Assembly: GCA_964016885.1 (NCBI GenBank)
Contig: OZ024742.1
Coordinates: forward strand, 106,950,001 to 107,014,000
Direction: 5' to 3'
Length of the DNA stretch: 64,000 nt
Source: Eledone cirrhosa
Lineage: Eukaryota
Both the position numbers and the translations under genes were made by a program. Shown here piece after piece: positions 52,419 through 64,000 of the stretch. The notes beneath the pieces were generated by a model. That model saw only the letters and a list, made by a program, of their open reading frames with translations. It was not told the DNA's origin and did no database searches. Position 1 is the first letter of the stretch, and each line of letters starts with the position of its first letter.

Positions 52419-54818
52419 CTAACAGCGCTGCGATCGAATGTGGCTTTTTAGCCCAGCCAATGATCTAAAATGTCTTGCACAGAGTCGGCAACCAAAACAT
52501 TCACTGGGAATAGTCGGCTGTGGTTGGAGTTCGTGTACTTTTGCATGTCGCTTGAGCCCTTCTGCTGATTTACATTCTCTACCACATGTTTGGCAAGCAT
52601 GATGAGTAGCATCTCCAACAGCAGCCTGGTAGTCAACCACTGGTCTTACTTTATGACTGCGAAGATGACTTTCGAGTCCAGCTTTGCTTAGGCAGAGTCT
52701 CGCACAGACGCTGCATGTCAGCACCATAGGAGGACCCTCGCTGTCTGGAAGTGCAACAGCAATGCCCTTCCTCACATCCCGCTTTACTTTCTCGTATGCG
52801 ATTCGAGATGCCTCAAAGGCAACTTTTCCCTCATATACAGTCTTTCTCCATTTATTACGATCAGCAGCAATATTCTCCCATGTATCAGCAGAGATGTTAG
52901 CATCTTTCAGAGAGGCTTTCAAGGAATCCTTATACCTCTTTTTTGGTTTATGTGGCGGTTGTTTTCCTTTAACCAACTCTCCATAAAAGAGTTGTTTTGG
53001 TAATCTAGAATCCTTCATCCTGGCAAGGTGACCACTCCAACGGAGTCGTTGCTTAAGCACAAGAGCTTCTATACTGTCACACATAGAGCTTTCCAAAATC
53101 TCGACATCACTGATGTGGTCCCTCCAGTGAACGCCATGGATCCGTCTGAGACACATCTGATGGAAACGCTCCAATTGCTTAAGGTGGTGTCGATATGTGA
53201 CCCAGGTCTCGTAGGCATAAAGAAGACAAGAGAGCACACATGCCCTGTACACCTTTACCTTTGTCCTCCTGCATATGTCTCGCCGACCCCAGAGTCGCCT
53301 TTCTAGCTTTCCGAAAGCATCACTTGCTTTCCTAATCCTAAGTGAGATTTCACTGTCAAGGTTGCTGTATCGATTGACAGTGCTTCCCAGGTAGACAAAC
53401 TGATCAACCACTCCAAGTCGTTTGCCATACACATAGATGTTTGGTTCAGTGTACTGCTTACCAGGGGCAGGTTGGTACATGACAATGGTTTTCTTGAGAC
53501 TGACAGTCAGACCTAGGGCAGTGCAAGCGTCAGAAAATGCATTCAAAATGTGCTGCATATCACTCTCTGTGTGCGCTACAAGATCGCAATCATCTGCATA
53601 CAAGAGGTCTCTTATGATTGATGTAAACACTTTTGTCTTCGCAGCAAAGCGCCTGATGTTAAATATGCTGCCTGAGGTTCGATATCGGATGTAAACACCA
53701 TGCTCGCAATTCCTGAATGCAATACAGAAAACCATTGCAAAGTATATGGCAAACAGGGTCGGTGCTTGAATATCCCCCTGTTTCACTCCATTTTTTACTG
53801 AGATAGGCTCCGACATGTTACCCCCGACATTAACCCAAGCCTTCATGTCGTCATGGAAAGACCTAACTAAAGCAAGGAACATATCAGGGCAACCAAGTTT
53901 CTGGAGAACCTTCCACAATGCCACTCTGTTAACAGTATCGAAAGCTCCACGAAGAACACGAACACACTGCACATCCTGTCTGTCATGCATCCTGACTAGG
54001 ACGTAGTCCAAAAGATGCCATTCCTTAGATGCAGGATGCATCCATGTGGTCTTGAATTTGTTCTTTTGTTGGAACATGGTGTTGGTAACACACAGATCCA
54101 GCTCCTCACGCATCTGCAGCAGGAGCATACCATTGCTGTTACACTTTCCCACCCCATGCCTTCCGATTACATTCCATGTGTTAAAATCTCTACCCACTCT
54201 AGCATTAAAGTCACCAAGCACGATGACTTTGTCTGCCTGAGGGATATTTCTTAAAACACCTTTCAAGGCATGGTAAAAGGACATCTTTTCCTCATCGACA
54301 GAACTCATAGTTGGAGCATACACACTCACCAGGGTAGCATATCTTCCCTTGTCCAGCGGAACTCTCATGGACATAAGACGCTCACTAATCCCTACTGGGA
54401 ATTCTTCTAATTTGTTCACAAGCACAGTCTTAACAGCAAATCCTACCCCAGCCTCTCTTCTGGTTCCTTCATCTCTTCCTTTCCAGAAGAATGTATATTC
54501 TCCACAAAATTCCGTAAGATGACCATCTCCAGCTAGCCTCGTCTCAGATAAAGCCACGATGTCAAGATCGTAACGTCGAAGCTCCTTTGCAACAAGAGCG
54601 GTCCTTCGTTCAGGACGCCCCAAGGAATCCCTGTCAAGCAGCGTCCGTACGTTCCAGCAGCCAAGACTAAATGCCTTGTTTGGCTCTATTACAATGGCAC
54701 GATGACGAGCGGGCCCAGGCTGTGATAACCTGGGGCCCCTGCCCTTATTGCCAATGGTCTTTTTTGTTCCAGAACCTAAATTGCCAATTATCTCTTTTAT
54801 ATTGTTCTGGAACATCAT
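52419..54818 (-). CDS. RTE-clade LINE ORF (APE endonuclease, RT, 3 zinc fingers), internally deleted in frame, 799 aa
   Basis: APE motifs WNVRTL, ALSETR, VSVYAPT, LGDFNARVG, LDYVLV; RT motifs AFDTVNR, GVKQGD..APTLF, LLYADD, YLGS; C-terminal CxxC-x12-H fingers. The likely start is ATGATG at 54818, because the upstream poly-Tyr/Phe is microsatellite. Confidence 0.92.
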   Translation of the reverse strand: MMFQNNIKEIIGNLGSGTKKTIGNKGRGPRLSQPGPARHRAIVIEPNKAFSLGCWNVRTLLDRDSLGRPERRTALVAKELRRYDLDIVALSETRLAGDGHLTEFCGEYTFFWKGRDEGTRREAGVGFAVKTVLVNKLEEFPVGISERLMSMRVPLDKGRYATLVSVYAPTMSSVDEEKMSFYHALKGVLRNIPQADKVIVLGDFNARVGRDFNTWNVIGRHGVGKCNSNGMLLLQMREELDLCVTNTMFQQKNKFKTTWMHPASKEWHLLDYVLVRMHDRQDVQCVRVLRGAFDTVNRVALWKVLQKLGCPDMFLALVRSFHDDMKAWVNVGGNMSEPISVKNGVKQGDIQAPTLFAIYFAMVFCIAFRNCEHGVYIRYRTSGSIFNIRRFAAKTKVFTSIIRDLLYADDCDLVAHTESDMQHILNAFSDACTALGLTVSLKKTIVMYQPAPGKQYTEPNIYVYGKRLGVVDQFVYLGSTVNRYSNLDSEISLRIRKASDAFGKLERRLWGRRDICRRTKVKVYRACVLSCLLYAYETWVTYRHHLKQLERFHQMCLRRIHGVHWRDHISDVEILESSMCDSIEALVLKQRLRWSGHLARMKDSRLPKQLFYGELVKGKQPPHKPKKRYKDSLKASLKDANISADTWENIAADRNKWRKTVYEGKVAFEASRIAYEKVKRDVRKGIAVALPDSEGPPMVLTCSVCARLCLSKAGLESHLRSHKVRPVVDYQAAVGDATHHACQTCGRECKSAEGLKRHAKVHELQPQPTIPSECFGCRLCARHFRSLAGLKSHIRSQRC

Positions 54819-57800
54819 TGAAATGGAAAAAAAAAAAAATAAATAAAAAAAAAAGTAATAATAATAGTAATAATAATAATAATAATAATAGTACACTATT
54901 AATAATTATTAATGCACTCGTGCAATGCCTGTGCGTGACGAATATTTTTAAAGTGAGGAAAGACTGTGCACTGAGCCAATCCCACTCTCTGAGCGACAGT
55001 AGCTATAGCCCGAAAAGAAGAAAAGATCAACATCATCGGTAACTACTGAGCCGCAGATTTTATGTCGGAGTTAACCCAGTTTCCTGAGATGCCTTCTCCT
55101 AGAAGAATGCCCTGACAAGGGCTAGGGGTTCTTCACTCCCAGTGGTTTAACTGCGCGATCGGGCATCCAGCCCGATTATTTCTATGTCCCCGCGCAAAAA
55201 AAAAAAAAAAAATAATAATCACTTATTGACACTTATACGTACGACATACACACACGCGCATACATATGCGCGCACACAGCAACACTCATACATACAAACG
55301 AGCACGCACACACTACTCTACTCACTTACACACACACACACACACACACACATACATATATATATTACCGTCATTACTGATACAAGATACATACATACAT
55401 ACATACATACACATTCCGTCTAAACCCATGCTAGCGTGGAAGATAGACGTTAAACGTTGATGATGATGACACACACACACACACATATATATATATACAT
55501 AAATACACACTGGTGCCCATTTTTCTGTTATGGGACTATTTTCTGTAAACAAAAATATAATGAAAGCTACTAATTCAATTCAACTTTCAAATTTCAATCA
55601 CAGTCTTTTAAACACACGTGACCATTTACATATATAATTGTCTTAATTTCAATGTTAATTGAGTATCAGTCTTGCATTTTATCACCATAATCACACATTA
55701 TGGTTTATCAGGTTTAAGCATTCCACATAAGTTGTACCTATCGAAGTAAAATCTGGGATCATGTAGAAAGAACCCAATAAACACCCCCATCCCCACATAC
55801 ATACATATGTCCTATCTTTGTGAAAGATCAGATATGATTTGGGACACACACAGGTGTAATGCATTTGATCACAAGTCTTCTAAATCAGATCTGATCTGAG
55901 GTTAATTAATAATAATCTTCATTCTCAACTTCTTTCATGGCTGTTACAACTACGACAACAACTACTACTTTCACTACCAACACTACAACTACTTTCTTGA
56001 CTGTTACTATTAGTACTAGAATGAGAGCCATAACAAAACCCACTTCTACCAGAACCACCACATCCGCCACCAGCACTACATCATCATCATCAAATAACGT
56101 CTATCTTCCACGCTAGCATGGGTTAGATGGGTTTGTCCCAATTAGAGGCAAGTTGGGTCGGTGACCATGTCTCACTCATATAGGAGAGTTTCTGGCTGGT
56201 TTTCTATGGCCGGATGCCCCTCCAATTATTATTACTATTAGCTGACCTCTGTAAAAGTTCTACAGTTATAAGATAATATATTTTTTTTTCATTATTGGTT
56301 CATAATTCCTATTAGAGTCATAGATGTGCCATCTCGGGCAATGAAACCAGGCAGAAGTCATCTCTCTTCAGGTATAAACACAAGAAATTCTTCCAGAAAA
56401 AGGTGGAGAGAGAGGGTGAGAAAGAGGAAGTGAGAAAGACATACAGAAGAAGAATCAAAGATTCTTGTGCTTAATTTATCAACCTCAAAAAAATGAAAGG
56501 CAAAATTGGCCCTGTTGGAATTTGAACTTAGCAGAGAACCAGAACAAATGCTACAAAGCAGTCTATCATATGTCCTAACGACTTTGTCAATTTGTCACAT
56601 TTATATACACACGTTCATACTAATAATAAATACAGTACTTAATTAGATATATACAACACAACAAAATACATTTTTAAAAATTGAACAAATTACAAACTAC
56701 TAAAATGGAATATTTTACTCATAATTTGAAAATAAACAAGGTTTTTCATACAACGTAGGTTTGAAGACAAAATATATTCAGCATCACCACCACTGCTCTC
56801 TATTTCTGTCTTTCTCTCGCACAAACACACACTCTTGCCATCCCTTTTCCACACTGTGACAGACATTTTATGCTGCAGATACACCAACTTTAGTATAATA
56901 AATGATGTCTTTCACTGTCAAGAGCCATACAGTATTCACAGAAAAAAATTAATGATTAAATTCTTCAAAGAAAGTTCAACCACTTAATTTTCCAACCCAA
57001 ATACCTACCAAAAACACACCAAGCCATCAATATCACACACTCCAGTATTGATTATGTATTGATTTAATCACAAGAGTTATTGCAAATAAAATGGCAAAGT
57101 TAAACTCAACAAAAATGAAGAAAAAAGATAAGTCAAGTCCAAGGTGTATCATATATATATATAGGAAAATTAACAAAGAGAGGACAAGACAACAAAAACA
57201 ATTTTTTTTTTATGGGGAAACCTTAAAAAATATTATTTGAAATATAAATACAAATGAAAGACACAGAACTCCAAGGTCATCAGCCGTTGAGATGGACTTT
57301 GGCAGTTTCGACCCCTACCAACACTACTGCTGGTCCACCCAGGGTCACAGTGTCTGACACAAGCCAAAGCGCTGTCCAGTGGAGAGGTGACAAAACCATA
57401 ACTTATAGCAATTAAGCTATAACAAGTACACATAGAATTTTATGTGACATCAGGGAAGAAAAGGGAAAGGAATTTAAGATCTCATGCCAGGAAGGAACAG
57501 ACATAAAGAGCAAGAAGTCTTTCCTTATTTGTACTATATCTGCTATTGAATGTTAGTTCTTGTTAGCCTTAATAAAATGAATATACATATATACAATATA
57601 GATAGGAAGCAATATATTGCATATGTGGGGGTTGAGTCCTATGGACAGCACTGTACACATTTTTTTCCATCTCCGGGATTTATATATCCAATTTTTCATA
57701 ATCAAAACATCTTCCAAATTCAATATATATATATATATATAGAGAGAGAGATAGGGGGGGGGGGGGGTTACATTCACTCTTTCATGCTGAGATGAGTTGA

Positions 57801-58689
57801 TTAAGATGCTTTGAGAAAGTTTTACAGCCAGATTGCCTTTGCAATACAACCCTCATACGACATACAGGGATACAGTGTATCCATTCTAAAAATTGTGACA
57901 CACACACACACATGCAAGTTCGGGTACAAACAAAAGAAAAGAGCAACCAACACAAAGTGGGAGTTGAGACTATTTGTATTAACAGTTGGACTAAAGCTTT
58001 TGCATAACCAAACAGTTTTATGATAATACAGAAAAATAAGTCAAACTGCTAATATAAACATATATACATGTGTGTGTAATGGAGTGTGTGTATGTATGTG
58101 TGAGGAATAGGTGTTTACCAACATTTCAACAAACATGTCATTTACCAGCTGATCACACTGATTAAGTTGATTTTAGTGTTGAGCCGTGGCAAGGCAGCGT
58201 AAACATAACATTCTGTTAGCTGCTTAATTGAGCCTACCATCTTCAATATGGAATACAACTCATTACATTCAAACAATTAGTTGATTCCTTTAAAGACAGC
58301 AATAGAACTGAACCATTATGCTACAAGCAATCACTTAGAGAACGTTAATAATATATATATGTGCGTGTGCGTGTGTGTGTGTGTGTGTTGGGGGTGGGGG
58401 TGTCATTTGTTTCATCCTCATTATTATCATTTAACGTCTGTTTTCCCTGCTAGTAAGAGCTGAATGGGTCTTTGCAGAATTAGTCAGTACTCAAGCGAGG
58501 TTACTGACTTCACAGATGGGCCAAGGAGCCCAACATCTAGCTTACATATGATCTCACACTCTACCAACACTCGGAGGTTGTTACGTTTTTGACATAGCTG
58601 AAAGAACCTCCTGTCCCTTTATCCAGCAGGTTTCCTATGGATGGATGCCCTTCTTATCACCAACCACTTTACAGAGTATACTTGGTGTG

Positions 58690-58727
<38 letters not shown>

Positions 58728-58776
58728 TGATAATAATATAAAAAGGATGATTTGTTATGTCTTCATTACGTTTATT

Positions 58777-58857
58777 GAGTAGTGATGTGCGTTTCGCTAT
58801 TGATCAGCTCAAGGTTCAATCTAACCCGACTCTGGAATCAAAAGCTCATCAGACCTC
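58777..58857 (-). ncRNA. Decayed minimal hammerhead ribozyme motif (Penelope-like)
   Basis: Minus strand: gaggt-CTGATGA-gcttttgat...atcaatagc-GAAA-cgcaca-TC-actactc-AATAAA. Stem III looks like CpG-decayed ACGCGCGT. Confidence 0.6.
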
Positions 58858-61375
58858 TGCTGTGGAAATGACAGAATGAACCTACAGCAACTGGATGTCA
58901 CATCATCAGCCCCCCCCCCCCTCTCTGTCTGTGTGTGTGCACTACACTCTCTCTCTCACATATATAAAAAGGCAGTGAGACGATAGTAACCAATAAGACT
59001 ACGGATTTTAGTGTTAAGGTAGCTTAGATGCCCGTTGCATCAACCTGTGCACCAATATCTTCAGGATACATGTTTTCTAATCGAATTATATGTTACATTA
59101 GGATAAGAAGCCAGCTGAATGAGGAATTGAAAAAACGTTTAAAACATATGGTAGGACAGGGATACAAACATTGAGACGGGTGAAGACTCCTCCCGACCCG
59201 TTCTTTTAAATTAATGCCTTTATCCCTAATGAAGTTTTTCACACACATCACAAATACAAAATATACTTTTAATGTCTTCCTACTTTCTCTATTCTGTCTG
59301 CTGGAATTAGAAGAGATATGTGCCTAGGGCTCTGCATGGCAGAGAGCATTCTCCCACATTGTTCCAGCATATATCATTGTAGTAGTGATAATGGTAGTTT
59401 GCATATTTACAATACATACACATAGAAACTGCCTTAACATAACACACTAATTATTTAAGGGTCAAAACACTTGCTTGAGGAAAGATTTCTTCCCTGAAAA
59501 CCTTCTGCTGCCCAGCTCTCCTTAGAATTTCTTCCTACTTAATTCTTTTAGTGGCAAGATGAATATTTTAGTGGCAAAATGAACATTTGAGGTGGCATGA
59601 TTGAATGACCAAAAGATTAAATTCCCAGTACAACAATCATGAGTTAAAACCACATCATGAGTATTTCATTCTCAATTTCCACAAGATATATTACATTAAT
59701 ACTTTAATTACTTGGCTGAAAAATAGGTAGTGCTTTCACTTCATGGTTGAATGGATGACATTAAAAGAAAGATCTGTTGGAAAAAAAAACACATAGAATA
59801 TATTTTCAACTTCAGTGTTATAGACATAAACCCTAACCCTACTCTTGGTCATTGTATACACTTGTACAGTGACATCAAACGTGACCTTTAATAGTGAACA
59901 GTTAACAGAGAACTTCAAAGCTATGCTGACCTTTTCTCCATTTTGTAGAATGCTATTTACAATAACTGGTTTCTTCATAACTGCTTCCACTTCCCAATTT
60001 CACTAAGCTGATACAAGAAAACAAACCTATTAACACAATAGAAAAACCCTCTCACAAACATGCTAATATTGGCCATTTGTTTTATCTTTCTTAATATTAA
60101 CAAGACTTTTCTTAGTAGACATATGAAGTCGAGATCATTTAATCCCCTCCTTTTTTTTTTTTTTTTTTTTTTAAATTAATACACTACCCAGTCTTCCTAT
60201 ACAGCTTTACTAGGCAACACAGATCCAAGATATTCCAATAACAGCAATGGATTGTCAACCCAACTAAAAGCAGTGATAGAATGCAGTTAGGGAGCAAACT
60301 AGTAGTACTTGCTAAGCTGAAAAACAACACTAAGCAGACTTATGGTCAAAGATATTCCAGATATGATCATCCTATGTTTTTTGTTGTTTTAAAGAAGGCA
60401 GGGTGTTATTTGAATGACTATATAGTGGATCCTTCTGCATCTAGGTGTCATTCTTAGGAAAATTTAGTTTCATGCCACATGTCTACTCAGGTAAAGTTGA
60501 TTAAGGATGCTCACCTAACTGTAAGAAACTTAGATTGCAAGATAAGTGAATACAAGGCAAAATATTTTTGTTAATTATTCTGAAGCATCCCTAAATTCAA
60601 TTAAAGAGTGAAAGATGAAAACAAAGTTTTTATTTTACCAGAATATAAAGAAAAACATTGTAAGTAACGGTATCAACTATATCAACAAATCAATCTATCT
60701 ACTTTATCATCATCATTTTACATAAATTTGACATCTGTTTCTCCATCTGACATAGGTTGGACAGGTTGTTACATCCAAAATCTGTACTTATTCAGAGTTA
60801 CTGTCCTGCATTATGACTTAAAGAACCACTTCTTTCTCATACATTCCCTATTTGCATGATTTCTATGGTCCAACGCCCCTTTCTATCACCAATCACTTTA
60901 CAGAGTATACTGGGTGCATTTTATCATAACACTAGCACGAGAGTTGCCATGTCCTTGATATAACTGAAGAGTCCTCTCTATCCTCTACACTATCACAAAA
61001 CTCATTAACAATAGTATCAAATTATGAAACCATAAGATTAAAAGCTCAACTATCAGACTTGCCTACTACATATGACTCATACCTACACACAATGTTGTTC
61101 AAGGTTAGCTTTGCCTTTCATCCTTACTAAGATAGTAACTTAATGCATAATTCTTATGTTGGAAGATTTAAATTTTAAAATGTTGTGTTCAAAAATCCCA
61201 CTGGAGTCAACTTTGCTTGTCATCTTTTCTAGATTAATAATATAAATACTATGTAAGTACTTAAGGCAATCAATTTGGCAGAGTTGTTAGAGTATTGGAT
61301 ATTTGGGCCAGGCTTCTGTGTTCAAATCCCACCAGGGTCCTTTTATCTTTTTGGGGTTAATAAAGAAAGTACCAG

Positions 61376-61700
61376 CTCGCTTCCGGATGTCATCCAGGAT
61401 ATTCCCTTGGGTCAAGGAAAGGAGGGAGGGTCGAGAAGATGCCTATATCTACTTGAGACTGCATGGACACCTAAAACCCTTAGTGTAAACATGGTCAAAC
61501 CACTTAATCAAGTTCCTTGGGGTAGCACTCTAGACATCTGTGTGTTTGTCATAGCATTTCAATGGTCCTTCAAAATGCTTGCTGATGCCTATCTCCTCTT
61601 CTAGTGTCCAATCTTTCCCTAAGTTTAGCTTGCCAACAGAAGCAGTTATTGGGGTGTAGATGAAAAATGTCCCAGAGTCAAAAGTGTGAGTGTAACCATC
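61376..61700 (-). mobile_element. Old RTE-like LINE 3' fragment interrupting a SINE
   Basis: GC-richer block that begins abruptly within a SINE copy, with an RTE-like ORF end on the minus strand; weak. Confidence 0.35.
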
Positions 61701-64000
61701 CACCCTCAAGGATGCTGCTGCCAGACATGAAGGTATTCTCTCTTCCCAAACACCAATACATACACACAGCTAAAAACTTTAGAGCAATTATCTATGTTAT
61801 TATCATTTGGGGAAAACTTACTGGCACTGCTGGGAATGAGATTACAACTAGAGGCAATTGTGGTATATTGTGACATAGTATAAGACCAAATTTTCTTAAG
61901 AAAAATTAATGAATTAATGGTAGTGACAAAAGCATGAAAGACATGTATAGTTAGTTAAATCAACAACAGCACTTGCCTAACTACCATAGCCATCACTAGC
62001 AATCAAGTATAACTTGAAAGCATGGTATCTTCTATCAAGTCATAACTGATAGCAAGTGACAGCAATGCTAGTACATGAGTGCAATAGTCAATTTAACTGC
62101 TAACCATATCCATCCTTCCAAAAATATGTGGCCTTGTGCCAATGCTGGAAATAATTGTTTATTGTTTCTTTTATTATAAACCTCATTCAGCAAATTACTT
62201 TAGTTTAGCAGGAATGAACAAATAGAAATCTCAGATAAATTCACACATATTAATTAAATGCCATTCAACAATAATCACTTTCATTATTCCTCAAATTAAT
62301 AAATAATAATTAACAATAGATAACAATATTGAAATAACAATAGCTAAAAAAATTGTATGTTACTTTGAAATACAATAGTTCAGATTAAAAAAGAAAAAAA
62401 ATTGAATCTAACAAAAAAAACATTTTCCAAATAAGCCATATTGCCATATTTTTGTTTACTTCTATCCTAAAACAATGTTTATTGGGTCACAATATACTCC
62501 TGTTACAATAGATCAGCTCTACCTCAATTTTCTTTCCTAATACCTTCCTTCAATTTGTTTACTGCATAATATTATAATAGATTTCTACTATTGTTTATTG
62601 TATAATAATGAAAATAAAATTACAACCATGAAATATCATAAAACATAAGCAACTGTCAAACAAAATAACATTGTTTTCTTCTCATATTTGTTGATTGTGT
62701 ATGTTACACCTCCTGGTAGCGTCTCACCCCCCCCCCCGTGTGTGTGTGTGCTCGAAACAGAGGAGTACATGGGACAAGGACAACGGAAACAACAATGGAA
62801 AAAGGACAGTCCTTTATCCTCAGTCAGCGCATTAATATACACATGCACACACACACACACATGAGAGAGAGAGACAAACAGACAGATAGAGAGAGAAAGA
62901 TAGATTTCTTATTCTCCCTCTCCACCTCCCCATTCAAACACTCCTTTTCTAACAGCTCACTTTATCATTTCTTTAAGTTTCTGAATTTCTTTTATAGGAG
63001 AAATGCTCATGACCTCTGCAGGTCCTCTTAAAGAGATGCCCTCGTGTGTGTGTAATTTTATATATGATAAAAATAATTTTAATTTAAAAAGAAAAAATAG
63101 CTTCTTTGAAATTTAAAGAATTGCTGATGTGTTACCAGAAAAATCAATAAGAGCAAGTGAAGATGTTGAGGATGTAAATTTGCAGGTCTACATTTAACCA
63201 AGTTTTCAGGGCATTCCCTTACAGTTTTCAATCCTGCTAACTAGTGTAAAGTAAATTAGAACAAGATTTATATTTATCACTTCTGATCAGAAATAACATC
63301 TAAATTAAAAAGATTTCACAGTAATTCTTTAATTAATTTATAATTTAAGGGGGAGAAACAATTCAATCATCACCATTGCCACCACCACAACCATTTCCAT
63401 ATGTCAGGTATTTTCATCATCTTCAGTGGAGTGTGAGGTTATAAAACAATCTATTGAATATGAAAAGTCATAGCACAGCAGAACGGACATGCTTAATTAA
63501 AACTAGTCTGGAAAGCAAAGCAGTGAATTAGCAAAATCATTAGAAAGTTGAAATAAAAATGCATTGGTATATTTGCTCCAACTCACTTAACTCTGAATTC
63601 AAATTCTGCTGAGGGTAATTTTGCCTTTCATCCTTTCCCTGGTCAAAGTACCAGTGCAATACTAGGATCATGGCTAAACTGAGCTAAACAACAACAAAAA
63701 TTAACCCAATGGCTACAGGGAAAGTAATCAATGTACACATATTTATCAAATTTGGAGAGGGATATTAGATAGCATCAAAATATGTAAACAATATACAATA
63801 AAGAATTCTGATATAACAATGTCAGAGAGCTATGAAGATACAAGAACTAGAAAAATGACCTCAGATAATGAAACATATCATTTCAATATTCTTCACTCCT
63901 TATGTCTTCATAATTGTAATTGACTATGTGATGAGTCAGGCTATTGATGACAAATGAGAATTTGGCTTCAGACTCACAATCAGGGAAAGTAGACATGTAC

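Larger units (their letters stand above)
51287..55195 (-). mobile_element. Near full-extent RTE LINE: structured 5' UTR (~54820-55195), ORF, microsatellite-rich 3' UTR with nested Tx1, and probable terminal hairpin plus (ATC)n tail at 51287-51335
   Basis: CpG-rich 5' UTR with hairpins (atcgggc/gcccgat, gccct/agggc). The minus strand at 51335-51287 reads ...ggccatactcgataacgaggaggcagcc(atc)n, an RTE-like 3' end. Linking this end to the ORF is inference. Confidence 0.7.

Noticed and set aside
54819-54896. Poly-Tyr/Phe N-terminus of the 825-aa ORF
   Set aside because: It is a (TAT)n and poly-T tract upstream of the likely ATG at 54818.
59736-59990. 84-aa minus-strand ORF upstream of the Abl exons
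   Set aside because: No Abl N-terminal features (MG start, NIFTEH) and no suitable phase-1 donor seen.
62769-62850. ATG GGA CAA GGA CAA CGG AAA (MGQGQRK), resembling a myristoylated Abl 1b start
   Set aside because: It is on the + strand, opposite to Abl, and runs into microsatellite.

Overview
AT-rich, microsatellite- and transposon-laden animal genomic DNA; the repeat landscape suggests an octopus or other coleoid cephalopod (inferred, not proven). The only host coding sequence I can support is two minus-strand exons of an Abelson (Abl) tyrosine kinase gene: 46420-46587 (N-cap plus start of SH3; not in the ORF track) and 39527-39825 (rest of SH3 plus most of SH2). Their splice phases match vertebrate ABL1 exons 2 and 3. 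I found no first exon and no kinase exons, so the rest appears intronic. It holds >20 copies of a tRNA-derived SINE, TTAA-flanked piggyBac-type MITEs, pogo/Tigger and hAT MITEs, RTE/CR1/Tx1 LINE fragments, and tandem repeats. The most notable items are: (i) minimal hammerhead-ribozyme motifs of the Penelope type, best at 45281-45343; (ii) a young RTE LINE whose 799-codon ORF is open but has an in-frame internal deletion removing catalytic motifs of both enzymes, with three C-terminal zinc fingers and a Tx1/L1 fragment (18-bp TSD) nested in its 3' UTR; (iii) an unexplained hairpin at 13761-13876; (iv) inverted MITE copies around the SH3/SH2 exon. All calls were made by eye; no database searches or folding programs were run.
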